Below, in pieces: positions 13,181-28,300 of a stretch of 64,000 nt of DNA. The stretch is from Eledone cirrhosa (taxonomy: Eukaryota), in assembly GCA_964016885.1 (NCBI GenBank), contig OZ024744.1, forward strand, positions 24,614,001 through 24,678,000. Reading direction: 5' to 3'. Numbering within the stretch: position 1 is the first letter of the stretch; the number at the start of each line of letters is the position of its first letter. The notes under the pieces were generated by a model. It was given only the letters and a program-made list of their open reading frames with translations, made no database searches and was not told where the DNA came from. A program made the position numbers and the translations under genes.

Positions 13181-14582
13181 TTGTGGTGATGGCTGTTGTG
13201 GTGATGGTCGTTATGGTGATGGTGTTTTTGTTGATGGTGGTTGTGGTGATAGTGATTGTGGTGATGGTGGTTGTGGTGGTGGTGGTGGTGTTGGGGGTGG
13301 TATTGGTGGTTGTGCTGATAGTGGTTGTGGTGATGGTGGTTGTGGTGGTGGTTGTGGTGATGGTGGTGGTGTTGTTGGTGGTGGTGGTGGTGGTGGTTGA
13401 GGTGATGGTGGTTGTGGTCGTAGTGGTTGTGGTGATGATGGTTGTGGTGTTGGTGGTTTTGGTGATGGTGGTGGTGGTAGTGGTGGTGGTGGTGGTTGTG
13501 GTGATGGTGGTTGTGGTGATGGTGGTTGTGGTGATGGTGGTTGTTGTGGTGGTATTTGTGGTGGTGGTGTTTGTGGTGATGGTGGTTGTGGTGATGTTGG
13601 TGATGGTGGTTGTTGTGATGGTGTTTTTGGTGATGGTGATTGTGGTGGTGCTGGTGGTGGTGGTGGTGGTGATGGTGATTGTCGTGATAGTGATATTGTC
13701 ATGACGTTTGTGGTGGTGGTGGTTGTGGTGATGTTGGTTGTGGTGGTGGCTGTGGTTGTGATGGTGGTTGTGTTGAAGGTGGTTGTGGTGATGTTTGTAT
13801 TGGTGGTGGTTGTGTGATGGTGGTTGTGGTGATAGTGATTGTGGTGATGGTGGCGGTGGTGGTGGTGGATGTGGTGATTGTGGTTGAGTTGATGGTGGTT
13901 GTGGTGATGGTAGTTGTGGTGATGGTGGTTGTTGTGATGTGTTTGTGATGTTGGTGGTTATGGTGATAATGGTTGTGGTGATGGTTTTGATGATGGTGGT
14001 TGTGGTGATGCATGTGGTGATGGTGGTTATCGTGATGGTTGTAGAGGTTGTGGTTGTGATGATGGTAGTTGTGGTGGTGTTGGTTGTGGTGAAGGTGGTT
14101 TTCGTGATGCTGGTGATGGTGGTTGTGGTGATGGTCGTTGTGTGATGGTGGTTGTGGTGATGTTGGTTGTTGTGTTGGTGGTTGTGGTGATGGTGTTTGT
14201 GGTGCTGGTGTTTATGGTGATGGTGGCTGTGGTGATGGTTTTGATGATGGTGGTTGTGGTGATGGTTGTGGTGATGGTGGTTGTGGTGATGGTGGTTGTG
14301 GTGGTGGTTGTGGTGATGGTTGTGTTGATGGTTGTTGTGGTGGTGGCGGTTGTGGTGATGGTGGTTGTAGTGATGGTGGTTGTGGTGGTGGTGTTGGTGG
14401 TGATGGTGGTTGTGGTGGTCGTGGTGATGGTGGTTGTGGTGATGGGGTTATGATGATGTGTGTGGTGATGGTGGTTGTGGTCGGGGTGGTTGTGATGATG
14501 GTGTTTTTGGTGATGGTTATTGTGGTGGTGCTGGTGGTGGTGGTGGTGATGGTGGCTGTCGTGATGGTGGTTGTGGATGTGA

Positions 14583-17500
14583 CCACAACTACCATCACCA
14601 CAACAACCATCACCATAACGACCATCATCACACCCACCATCACCACCACAACAACCACCACCAGAAGCAACATCACCACAACCACCACCACCTCCACCAC
14701 CATCACCACAACCACCACCATCATAACCTGCACCACAACTACCACAACCACCATCACCACCACCAACACCACAATCAACATCACCACATCCACCATCACC
14801 ACAACCAACACCACCACAACCACCATCACCACAACCATCACCACAAGCCCACCACCACATCCACCATCACGACCATCACCACAACCACCACCACCACCAC
14901 CACCACAACCACAACCACCACAACTACCATCATCACAACCACCACTACTACAACGATCACAACAACCACCATCACCACAACCATCACCACACCAACATCA
15001 TCAAAACCATCACCATAACCACCAGCACCAAAACCACCATCACCTCACCCACCATCACCACAGTCACCACCACCACCACCACCATCACCACAATCACTAT
15101 CACCACAACCACCATCACCACAACCACCACCATTACAACCATCACCAAAAACACCATGAACACAACCACCACCAGCACAACCAACATCACCACAACTACC
15201 ATCACCATAACGACCATCATCACAACCACCATCACCACCACAACCACCACAACCACTACCAACATCACCACAACCACCATCACCATAACGACCATCACCA
15301 CAACCACCATCACCATCATCCACTATCACTACCACCACCACTAAAACAACCAACATCACCACATCCACCATCACCACAAACACCATCACCACAACCATCA
15401 ACACAACCACCATCACCACAATCACCATCACCACAACCATCACCACAACCACCATCACCACAACCACCATCACCGTAACCACCATCACCACAAGCATCAC
15501 CACAACCACCATCAGCACAGCCACCACCACCACAACCACCATCACCACAACCAACACCACAATCACCACGACAACCACCATCACCACAACCACCATCACA
15601 ATAAACACCATCACCACAACCACCATCACCACAACCACCATCACCACCATAACCACAACCTCCATCACCACAACTGCTATCTCCACAACCACCACCACCA
15701 CAACGACCATCACCACAATCACCATCACCACAACCACCATCACCAAAACCACAACCACCACCACCACAACCACCATCACCACAACCATCACCACAACCAT
15801 CACCACAACCACCATCACCACAACCACCATCACCACAACTACCATCACCACAACCACCACCACCACCACTACCACCACAACCACCACCACCGCCATCACA
15901 ACCACCACCACCACAACCACCATCACATCAATCACCACCACCGCCACCACCATCACCAACATCACCACCACCACCACCACCAACACCATAACCACAACCA
16001 CCACCACAACCACCATCACAACAACCACCATCAGCACCACCACCACCACCACCACCACCAATACCACAACCACCATCACCACAACCACCATCACCACAAC
16101 CACCACCACCACCACCACCTCTACCGCCTCCACCACAACCACCACCACAACCACTACCACCAAACCACCACCACCGACCATCACAACCACCACCACCACA
16201 ACCACCATCACCACAAGCACCACCACCACTACAACCATCACAACAACCAACATCACCACAACAATCACCACAACCAACATCAGCACAACCACCATCACCA
16301 CAACCACCATCACCATAACGACCATCACCAACACCACCATCACCACCACCACCACCACCACCACGACAAACATCACCACGATCACCACCACCACAACCAC
16401 CATCACCAGAAACACCAGCACCACAACCATCACCACAACCACCATCAGCAAAACCACCATCACCACAACCATCACCACAACCACCATCACCAGAACCACC
16501 ATCACCACAACCACCACCACCACAACCACCATAACCACAACCACCACAACCACCACCACAACCACCACCACAACCACCATCACCACAAACACCATCACCA
16601 ACATCACCACAACCAACATCACCACAACCACCATCACCACAACTACTATCACCACAACCACCATTACCACAACCGCCACCAACACCACCACCACCACCAC
16701 CACCACCATCACCCCAACCACCATCATTACAACCACCATCACCACAACCACCACCACCACAACTACCATCATCACAACCACCATCATCAAAACCATCAAC
16801 GCAACATTTATCACCATAACCACCGGCACCACAACGACCATCACCACAACCACCATCACCTCAACCACCATCACCTCAAACAACATCACCACAACCGCCC
16901 CCAACACCACCACCACCACCACCATTACCACAATCACTATCACCACAACCACCATCACCACAACCACTACCACTACAACTATCACCAAAAACACCATCAC
17001 CAAAACCACCCCCTCCACAAACACAATCACCAGAACCATCACCACAAACACCACCACAACCACCATCACCATTACCATCCATCACCACAACCACCATCAC
17101 CACAACCACCATCACTACAACCACCATCACCAACATCACCACAACCACCAATACCACAACCAGCATCACCACAACCACCACCAACAAAACAACCATCCCC
17201 ACCACCACCACTACCACAACCAACATCACCACATCCACCATCACCTCAACCACCGCCCCCACGACAACCATCACCACAATCACCACCACCACAAAAACCA
17301 TCACCACTACCACCATCAACACAACCACCACCACCACAACCACCATCACCACAACCACCATCACCACCACCACCAATACCACAACCACCATCACCACAAC
17401 CACCACTAACACAACCACCATCACCACCACCAGCACCACAACCACCATCACCAAAAACATCATCATCAAAACAACCCCCACCACAACCACAATCACCACA

Positions 17501-19348
17501 ACCATCACCACAAACACCACCACAAACACCATCACCATTACCACCATCACCATTACCACCATCACCACGAGCACCATCACTACAACCACCACCACCACCA
17601 TCACCACAACCACCAATACAACAACCAACATCAAAACATCCACCATCAACTCAACCACCACCACCACGACAAGTATCACCACAATCACCACCGCCAGAAC
17701 CCCCATCACCACACCATCATCACCACAACCTCCACCACAACCACCATCACCACAACCACCATCACCACCATCACCACAACCACCATCACCACAACCACCA
17801 TCACCACAACCAGCATCACCAGAGCTACCATCGCCACAACCACCATAACCATAACCACCACAACCACCACCACAACCACCACCACAACCACCATCACCAC
17901 AAACACCATCACCAACATCACCAAAACCACCATCACCACAACCACCATCGCCACAACCACCTCCACCACAACCACCATCACCACAACCACCATCACCACC
18001 ATCACCACAACCACCATCACCACAACCACCATCACCAGAGCTACCATCGCCACAACCACCATAACCACAACCACCACAACCACCACCACAACCACCACCA
18101 TAACCACCATCACCACAAACACCATCACCAACATCACCAAAACCACCATCACCACAACCACCATCGCCACAACCACCACCACCACAACCACCATCACCAC
18201 AACTACTATCACCACAACCACCATTACCACAACCGCCGCCACCACCACCACCACCACCACCACAACCATCACCACAACCAACACCACAACCACCATCACC
18301 ACAACCACCATCACCACAACCACCATCACCACAACCACCATCACCACAACAACCATCACCACAACTACTATCACCACAACCACCATCACCACAACCACTA
18401 CCACAACAACTATCACCAAAAACACCATCACCAAAACCACCCCCTCCACAACCACAATCACCACAACCATCACCACAAACGCCACCACAACCACCATCAC
18501 CATTACCACGATCACCACAACCACCATCATTACTACCACCATCACCACCATCACCACAACCACCAATACCACAACCAGCATCACCACAACCACCACCACC
18601 ACTACCACAACCAACATCACCACATCCACCATCACCTCAACCACCGCCCCCACGACAACCATCACCACAATCACCACCACCACAAAAACCATCACCACAA
18701 CCACCATCACCACAACCACCACCACCACAACGACCATCACCACAGCCACCATCACCACCACCACCAATACCACACCACCACCACCACAACCACCACCACC
18801 ACAACCACCATCACCAAAAACATCATCATCATAACATCCCCCACCCAACCACAATCACAACCACCATCACCACAACCACCATCACCACAAGCACCATCAC
18901 TACAACCACCATCACCACCATCACCACAACCACCAATACCACAACCAACATCACAACATCCACCATCACCTCAACCACCACCACCACGACAACTATCACC
19001 ACAATCACCACCGCCAGAACCACCATCACCACAACCACCATCACCACAACCATCACCACAACCACCATGACCACATCACCATAAACTCATCACCACAACC
19101 ACCATCACCACAACCACCATCACAACCACCACCACAAACACCATCACCACAACCATCACCACAACTACCATCAGCACAACCACCATCACCAACACCACCA
19201 TCACCACAACCACCACCACCACAACCACCATCACCACAACCACCACCACCAGAACCACGATCAACACAACCACCACCACTACAACCATCACCACAACCAC
19301 CACCACTACAACCATCACCACAACCCCCACCACTACCACCAACATCAC
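14583..19348 (-). repeat. Inverted 4.8 kb block of the satellite (ACC/ATC/ACA on the + strand)
   Basis: Strand composition switches from G/T-rich to C/A-rich at ~14580 and back at 19349/19350. Confidence 0.96.
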
Positions 19349-19349
19349 C

Positions 19350-22300
19350 GTGATGGTTGTAGTGGTGATGGTTGTGGTGGTGGTGGATGTGGTGATGGTG
19401 GTTGTGGTGATGGTGGTTGTGGTGACGGTCGTTGTGGTGGTGGTGGTGGAGGTGGTGGTGGTGGTGATGGTGGTTGTGGTGATGGTTGTGGTGATGGTGG
19501 TTGTGGTGGTCGTGGTTGTGGTGATGGTCATTGTGGTGATGGTGTTTGTGGTGATGGTTGTAGTGGTGGTGGTGGTTGTGGTGATGGTGTTTGTGGTGAT
19601 AGTGGTTGTCGTGAATGTGGTTGTAGCGGTGGTGGTTGAGGTGATGGTTTGTTGTGCTGATGGTAATTGTGGTGATGGTTGTGGTGATGGTGTTTGTGGT
19701 GGTGGTTGTGATGGTGGTTGTGGTGATGGTGGTTGTGGTGATGGTGGTTGTGCTGATAGTGGTTTTGGTGATGGTGGTTGTGGTGGTGGTTGTGGTGATG
19801 GTTGCGGTGATGATGGTTGTTGTGATGGTTGTGGTGATGGTTGTGCTGATGGTGGTGGTTGTGGTGATGGTGGTTGTGGTGATGGTTGTGGTGATGGTGG
19901 TTGTGGTGATGGTATTGGTGATGGTGTTTGTGGTGGTGGTTGTGGTGATGGAGGTTGTGTTGATGGTTGTGGTGATGGTTGTGGTGATGGTGGTGTGGTG
20001 ATTGTGGTTGTAGTGATGATGTTTGTGGTGATGGTGTTTGTGGTGGTGGTTGTGGTGACGGTGGTTGTGGTGATGGTTGTGGTGATGGTGGTAGTGGTGA
20101 TGGTTGTGGTGGTGGTGATTGTGGTGATGGTGGTTGTGGTGATGGTTGTTGTGGTGGTTGTTGTGGTGATGGTGATTATGGTGATATTGGTTGTGGTGAT
20201 GGTGGTTCTGGTGAGGTTTGTGGTGATGGTGGTTGTGGTGATGGTGGTTGTGGTGATTGTGGTAGTGCTGATGGTGGTTGTGCTGATGGTGGTTGTGGTG
20301 GTGGTTGTGGTGATGTTGGTTGTAGTGGTGGAGGTTGAGGTGATGGTTTGTTGTGCTGGTGGTGGTTGTGGTGATGGTTGTGGTGATGGTGTTTGTGGTG
20401 GTGGTTGTGGTGATGGTGGTTGTGGTGATGGTGGTTGTAGTGGTGGTGGTAGTATTGATGGTTGTGGTGATGGTGGTTGTGGTGATGGTTGTGGTGGTGG
20501 TGGTTGTGGTGATGTTGGATGTGGTGGTGGTGATTGTGGTGATGGTGGTTGTGTTGATGGTGGTTGTGGTGATGGTGATTGTGGTGATGGTGGTTGTGGT
20601 GATGGTGGTTTTGCTGATGGTTGTTGTGGTGGTGGTTGTGGTGATGTTGGTTGTAGTGGTGGAGGTTGATGTGATGGTTTGTTGTGCTGATGGTGGTTGT
20701 GGTGATAGTGGTTGTGGTCATGGTGGTTGTAGTGGTGGTAGTTGAGGTGATGGTTTGTTGTCCTGATGGTAGTTGTGGTGATGGTTGTGGTGATGGTGTT
20801 TGTGGTGGTGGTTGTGATGGTGGTTGTGGTGATGGTGGTTGTGCAGATAGTGGTTTTGGTGATGGTGGTTGTGGTGGTGGTTGTGGTGATGGTTGTGGTG
20901 TTGGTGGTTGTGCTGATGGTGGTTGTGCTGATGGTGGTTGTGGTGATGGTTGTAGTGATGGTGGTGTGGTGACAGTTGTGGTGATGGTGGTTGTTGTGAT
21001 TGTTGTGGTGATGGTTGTGCTGATGGTGGTGGTTGTGGTGATGGTGGTTGTGGTGATGGTTGTGGTGATGGTGGTTGTGGTGGTGGTTGTGATGGTGGTT
21101 GTGGTGATGGTTGTTGTGGTGATGGTGGTTGTGCTGATAGTGGTTTTGGTGATGGTGGTTGTGGTGGTGGTTGTGGTGATGGTTGTGGTGTTGGTGGTTG
21201 TGCTGATGGTGGTTGTGGTGATGGTTGTGGTGATGGTGTTTGTGGTGGTGGTTGTGATGGTGGTTGTGGTGATGGTTGTTGTGGTGATGGTGGTTGTGCT
21301 GATAGTGGTTTTGGTGATGGTGGTTGTGGTGGTGGTTGTGGTGATGGTTGTGGTGTTGGTGGTTGTGCTGATGGTGGTTGTGCTGATGGTGGTTGTTGTG
21401 ATGGTTGTGCTGATGGTGGTTGTTGTGATGGTTGTGGTGATGGTTGTGCTGATGGTGGTTGTAGTGGTGGTGGTTGAGGTGATGGTTTGTTGTGCTGATG
21501 GTGGTTGTGGTGATGGTTGTGGTGATGGTGTTTGTGGTGATGGTGTTTGTGGTGGTGGTGGTGGTGATAGTGGTTGTGGTGATGGTAGGTGTGGTGATGG
21601 TGGTTGTGTTGGTGTTTGTGGTGATGGTGGTTGGGTGATGTTGGTTGTGGTGATGTGGTTGTGGTGATGGTGGTGTGGTGATGGTGGTTGTGGTGATGGT
21701 GTTTGTGGTGATGGTTGTAGTGGTGGTGGTTGTGGTGATGGTGGTAGTGGTGATGGTGATTGTGGCGATGGTGGTTGTGGTGATGGTGGTTGTGGTTATG
21801 GTTTTAGTGGTGATGGTTGTGGTGGTCGTGGTTGTGTTGATTGTGGTTGTGGTGATGGTGGTTGTGGTGATGGTGTTTGTGGTGGTTGTAGTGGTGGTGT
21901 TTGTGGTGTTGGTGGTTGTGGTGATGGTGATTGTGGTGGTGGTTGTGGTGATGGTGTTTATTGTGATGGTGGTTGTGGTGGTGGTTGTGGTGATGTTGGG
22001 TGTGGTGATCGTGGTTGTGGTAATGGTGGTTGTGGTGATGGTGGTTGTGGTGGTGGTGGTTGTGGTGATGGTTGTGGTGATGGTGGTTGTGGTGATGGTG
22101 GTTGTGGTGGTGGTGGTTGTGGTGGTGGTGGTTTTGGTGATGGTTGTGGTGATGGTGATTTTGGTGATTGTTATGGTGGTGCTGGTTGTGGTGATGGTTG
22201 TAGTGGTGGTGGTTGTGGTGATTGTGGTTGTGGTGATGGAGTCTGTGTTGGTGGTTGTGGTGATGGTGGTTGTGGTGATGGTGGTTGTGGTGGTGGTGGT

Positions 22301-25300
22301 TGTGGTGGTGGTGGTTGTGTTGATGGTTGTGGTGATGGTGATTTTGGTGATTGTTATGGTGTTGGTGGTTGTGGTGATGGTGGTTGTGGTGATGGTGGTT
22401 GTGGTGATGGTGGTTGTGGTGGTGGTTGTGGTGATGTTGGTTGTAGTGGTGGTGGTTGAGGTGATGGTTTATTGTGCTGATGGTGTTTGTGGTGATGCTG
22501 TTTGTGGTGGTTGTTGTGGTGATAGTGGTTGTGGTGATGTTGCTTGTAGTGGTGGTTGTGATTTAGGTGGTTGTGGTGATGGTTGGGGTGGTGGTGGTTG
22601 TGTTGGTGGTTGTGGTGATGGTGATTGTGGTGATGGTGGTTGTGGTGATGGTGTTTGTGGCGATGGTGATTGTGGTGGTGGTTGTGGTGGTGGTGGTTGT
22701 GGTGATGGTGGCCGTGGTGATGATGGTTGTGGTGATGGATGTTGTGTTGGTGGTTGTGGTGATGGTGGGTGTGGTGATGTTGTTGTGGTGATGGTGATTG
22801 TGGTGATGCTGGTTGTGGTGGTGGTTGTGGTGATGGTGGTTGTGGTGATGGTTGTGGTGATGGTGGTTGTGGTGATAGTGATTGTAGTGGTGTTGGTTGT
22901 GTTGATGGTGATTGTGGTGATGGTGGTTGTGGTGATGGTGGTTGTGGTGATGGTTGATGTGGTGATGGTATTTGTGGTGATGGTGGTTGTGTGGTGGTTG
23001 TGGTGGTGGTGATTTTGGAGATGGTGGTTCTGGTGATGGTGTGTGTGGTGATGGTGGTTGTGGTGATGGTGATTGTGGTGATGGTGGTTGTGGTGATGGT
23101 GGTTGTGGTGATGGTTGTAGTGTTGATGATTGTGGTGATGGTGATCGTGGTGATGTTGTTGTGGTGATGGTGATTGTGGTGATTGTGGTGATGGTGGTTA
23201 TGGTGGTGGTTGTGACGTTGGTGGTTGTAGTGGTGGTGGTTTGAGGTAATGGTCGTTGTAGTGGTGGTGGTTGTGGTGATCGTTGTGGTGATGGTGGGCG
23301 TGGTGATGGTGATTGTGGTGATGGTTGCGGTGATTATGGTTGTGGTGATGGTGGTTATGTTGATGGTGTTTGTTGTGATGGTGGTGATGGTGATTGTGGT
23401 TGTGGTGGTGGTTGTGGTGATGGTGGTTGTGGTGATGGTGGTTGTGGTGATGGTGGTGATGGTGGTTGTGGTGATGGTGGTTGTGGTGATGGTGGTTGTG
23501 GTGATGGAGGTTGTGGTAATGGTTGTGGTGATGGTGGTTGTGGTGATGGTGGTTGTAGTGGTGGTGGTTGAGGTGATGGTTTGTTGTGCTGATGGTGGTT
23601 GTGGTGATGGTTGTGGTGATGGTGTTTGTGGTGGTGGTTGTGGTGATAATGGTTGTGGTCATGGTGGTTGTAGTGGTCGTGGTTGAAGTGATGGTTTCCT
23701 GTGCTGATGGTAGTTGTGGTGATGGTTGTGGTGATGGTGTTTGTGGTGGTGGTTGTGATGGTGGTTGTGGTGATGGTTGTTGTGGTGATGGTGGTTGTGC
23801 TGATAGTGGTTTTGGTGATGGTGGTTGTGGTGGTGGTTGTGGTAATGGTTGTGGTGTTGGTGGTTGTGCTGATGGTGGTTGTGCTGATGGTGGTTGTTGT
23901 GATGGTTGTGCTGATGGTGGTTGTGTGATGGTTGTGGTGATGGTTGTGCTGATGGTTGTGCTGATGGTGGTGGTTGTGGTGATGGTGGTTGTGGTGATGG
24001 TTGTGGTGATGGTGGTTGTGGTGATGGTATTGGTGATGGTGGTTGTGGTGGTGGTTGTGGTGATGGAGGTTGTGTTGATGGTTGTGGTGATGGTGGTTGT
24101 GGTGATGGTGGTTGTAGTGGTGGTGGTTGAGGTGATGGTTTGTTGTGCTGATGGTGGTTGTGGTGATGGTTGTGGTGATGGTGGTAGTGGTGTTGGTGGT
24201 TGTGGTGATGGTGGTTGTGGTGATGGTGGTTGTAGTGGTGGTGGTTGAGGTGATGGTTTGTTGTGCTGATGGTGGTTGTGGTGATGGTTGTGGTGATGGT
24301 GTTTGTGGTGATGGTGTTTGTGGTGGTGGTTGTGGTGATAGTGGTTGTGGTGATGGTAGGTGTGGTGATGGTGGTTGTGTTGGTGTTTGTGGTGATGGTG
24401 GTTGGGTGATGTTGGTTGTGGTGACGTGGTTGTGGTGATGGTGGTGTGGTGATGGTGGTTGTGGTGATGGTGGTTGTGATGATGGTTGTAGTGGTGGTGG
24501 TTGTGGTGATGGTGGTAGTGGTGATGGTGATTGTGGCGATGGTGGTTGTGGTGATGGTGGTTGTGGTTATGGTTTTAGTGGTGATGATTGTGGTGGTCGT
24601 GGTTGTGTTGATTGTGGTTGTGGTGATGGTGGTTGTGGTGATGGTGTTTGTGGTGGTTGTAGTGGTGTGTTTGTGGTGTTGGTGGTTGTGGTGATGGTGG
24701 TTGTGGTGGTGGTTGTGGTGATGGTGTTTATTGTGATGGTGGTTGTGGTGGTGGTTGTGGTGATGTTGGGTGTGGTGATCGTGGTTGTGGTAATGGTGGT
24801 TGTGGTGATGGTGGTTGTGGTGGTGGTGGTTGTGGTGATGGTTGTGGTGATGGTGGTTGTGGTGATGGTGGTTGTGGTGGTGGTTGTGGTGATGGTTGTA
24901 GTGGTGGTGGTTGTGGTGATTGTGGTTGTGGTGATGGAGGCTGTGTTGGTGGTTGTGGTGATTGTGGTTGTGGTGATGGTGGTTGTGGTGGTGGTGGTTG
25001 TGGTGGTGGTGGTTGTGGTGATGGTTGTGGTGATGGTGATTTTGGTGATTGTTATGGTGGTGGTGGTTGTGGTGATGGTGGTTGTTGTGATGGTGGCTGT
25101 GTTGGTGTTTGTGGTGATGGTGGTGGTGGTGACGGTGGTTGTGCTGATGGTGGTTGTTGTTATGGTGATTGTGGTGATGGTTGTTGTGGTGGTGGTTGTG
25201 GTGATGTTGGTTGTAGTGGTGGTGGTTGAGGTGATGGTTTGTTGTGCTGATGGTGTTTGTGGTGATGCTGTTTGTGGTGGTTGTTGTGGTGATAGTGGTT

Positions 25301-28300
25301 GTGATGATGTTGCTTGTAGTGGTGGTTGTGATTTAGGTGGTTGTGGTGATGGTTGGGGTGGTGGTGGTTGTGTTGGTGGTTGTGGTGATGGTGATTGTGC
25401 TGATGGTGGTTGTGGTGATGGTGTTTGTGGCGATGGTGATTGTGATGGTGGTTGTGGTGGTGGTGGTTGTGGTGATGGTGGCCGTGGTGATGATGGTTGT
25501 GGTGATGGATGTTGTGTTGGTGGTTGTGGTGATGGTGGGTGTGGTGATGTTGTTGTGGTGATGGTGATTGTGGTGATGCTGGTTGTGGTGGTGGTTGTGG
25601 TGATGGTGGTTGTGGTGATGGTTGTGGTGATGGTGGTTGTGGTGATAGTGATTGTAGTGGTGTTGGTTGTGTTGATGGTGATTGTGGTGATGGTGGTTGT
25701 GGTGATGGTGGTTGTGGTGATGGTTGATGTTGTGATGGTATTTGTGGTGATGGTGGTTGTGTGGTGGTTGTGGTGGTGGTGATTTTGGAGATGGTGGTTC
25801 TGGTGATGGTGTGTGTGGTGATGGTGGTTGTGGTGATGGTGATTGTGGTGATGGTGGTTGTGGTGATGGTGGTTGTGGTGATGGTTGTAGTGTTGATGGT
25901 TGTGGTGATGGTGATTGTGGTGATGTTGTTGTGGTGATGGTGATTGTGGTGATGGTTGTGGTGATGGTGGTTATGGTGGTGGTTGTGACGTTGGTGGTTG
26001 TAGTGGTGGTGGTTTGAGGTAATGGTCGTTGTAGTGGTGGTGGTTGTGGTGATCGTTGTGGTGATGGTGGGCGTGGTGATGGTGATTGTGGTGATGGTTG
26101 CGGTGATTATGGATGTGGTGATGGTGGTTATGTTGATGGTGTTTGTTGTGATGGTGGTGATGGTGATTGTGGTTGTGGTGGTGGTTGTGGTGATGGTGGT
26201 TGTGGTGATGGTGGTTGTGGTGATGGTGGTCATGGTGGTTGTGGTGATGGTGGTTGTGGTGATGGTGGTTGTGGTGATGGTGGTTGTGTTGGTGGTTGTG
26301 TTGATGGTGGTTGTGGTGATGGTGGTTGTGGTGATGGTTGTGGTGATGGTGGTTGTGGTGATGGTGGCTGTGGTGATGGTGGTTGTGTTGATGGGTGTCG
26401 TGGTGTTGGTTGTTGTGGTGATGGCTGTGGTGATGGTGGTTGTGGTGATGGTGGTTGTTGTGATGGTGGTGGTTGTGGTGGTAATTGTGGTGATGGGTGT
26501 CGTGTTGGTGGTGGTTGTGATGATGATGGTTGTGGTGATTGTGGTTGTGGTGGTGGTGGTGGTGATGGTGGTTGTGGTGATGGGTGTGGCGGTGGTGGTT
26601 GTTGTGATGGTGGTCATGGTAATTGTGGTCATGGTGGTTGTGGTGATGGTGTTTGTGGTGATGGTGGTTGTGGTGATGGTGGTAGTGGTGATGTTGGTTG
26701 TGGTGATGGTGGTTGTGGTGGTGGTTGTGGTGATAGTGGTTTTGGTGATGGTGATTGTGGTGATGGTGGTTGGGGTGATGGTTGTGGTGGTGGTGGTTGT
26801 GGTGATGGTGGTTGTTTTGATGGTGGTTGTGGTGATGGTGGTTGTAGTGGTGGTGGTTGTAGTGGTGGTGGTTGTTGTGACAGTGGTTGTGGTGATGCTG
26901 GTTGTGGTGATGGTGGTTGTGGTGATGGTGATTTTAGTGGTGATGGTGGTTGTGGTGATGATGGTTGTGTCGATGATGATTGTGGTGATGGTTGTTGTGG
27001 TGGTGGTTGTGGTGATGGTGGTGATGGTGGTTGTGGTGGTGGTGGTTGTGGTGATGGTGGTTGTAGTGATGGTGGTTGTGGTGATGGTGTTTGTGGTGAA
27101 GGTGATTTTGGTGATGGTGGTTGTGGTGATGGTGGTTGTAGTGGTGGTGGTTGAGGTGATGGTTTGTTTTGATGATGGTGGTTGTGGTGATGGTTGTGGT
27201 GATGGTGTTTGTGGTGATGGTGTTTGTGGTGGTGGTTGTGGTGATAGTGGTTGTGGTGATGGTAGGTGTGGTGATGGTGGTTGTGTTGGTGTTTGTGGTG
27301 ATGGTGGTTGGGTGATGTTGGTTGTGGTGATGTGGTTGTGGTGATGGTGGTGTCGTGATGGTGGTTGTGGTGATGGTGGTTGTGATGATGGTTGTAGTGG
27401 TGGTGGTTGTGGTGATGGTGGTAGTGGTGATGGTGATTGTGGCGATGGTGGTTGTGGTGATGGTGGTTGTGGTTATGGTTTTAGTGGTGATGGTTGTGGT
27501 GGTCGTGGTTGTGTTGATTGTGGTTGTGGTGATGGTGGTTGTGGTGATGGTGTTTGTGGTGGTTGTAGTGGTGGTGTTTGTGGTGTTGGTGGTTGTGGTG
27601 ATGGTGGTTGTGGTGGTGGTTGTGGTGATGGTGTTTATTGTGATGGTGGTTGTGGTGGTGGTTGTGGTGATGTTGGGTGTGGTGATTGTGGTTGTGGTGG
27701 TGGTGGTTGTGGTGATGGTTGTGGTGATGGTGGTTGTGGTGATGGTGGTTGTGGTGGTGGTGGTTGTGGTGGTGGTGGTTGTGGTGATGGTTGTGGTGAT
27801 GGTGATTTTGGTGATTGTTATGGTGGTGGTGGTTGTGGTGATGGTGGTTGTTGTGATGGTGGCTGTGTTGGTGTTTGTGGTGATGGTGCTGGTGGTGACG
27901 GTGGTTGTGCTGATGGTGGTTGTTGTTATGGTGATTGTGGTGATGGTGGTTGTGGTGGTGGTTGTGGTGATGTTGGTTGTAGTGGTGGTGGTTGAGGTGA
28001 TGGTTTGTTGTGCTGATGGTGTTTGTGGTGATGCTGTTTGTGGTGGTTGTTGTGGTGATAGTGGTTGTGGTGATGTTGCTTGTAGTGGTGGTTGTGATTT
28101 AGGTGGTTGTGGTGATGGTTGGGGTGGTGGTGGTTGTGTTGGTGGTTGTGGTGATGGTGATTGTGGTGATGGTGGTTTTGGTGATGGTGTTTGTGGCGAT
28201 GGTGATTGTGGTGGTGGTTGTGTTGGTGGTGGTTGTGGTGATGGTGGCCGTGGTGATGATGGTTGTGGTGATGGATGTTGTGTTGGTGGTTGTGGTGATG

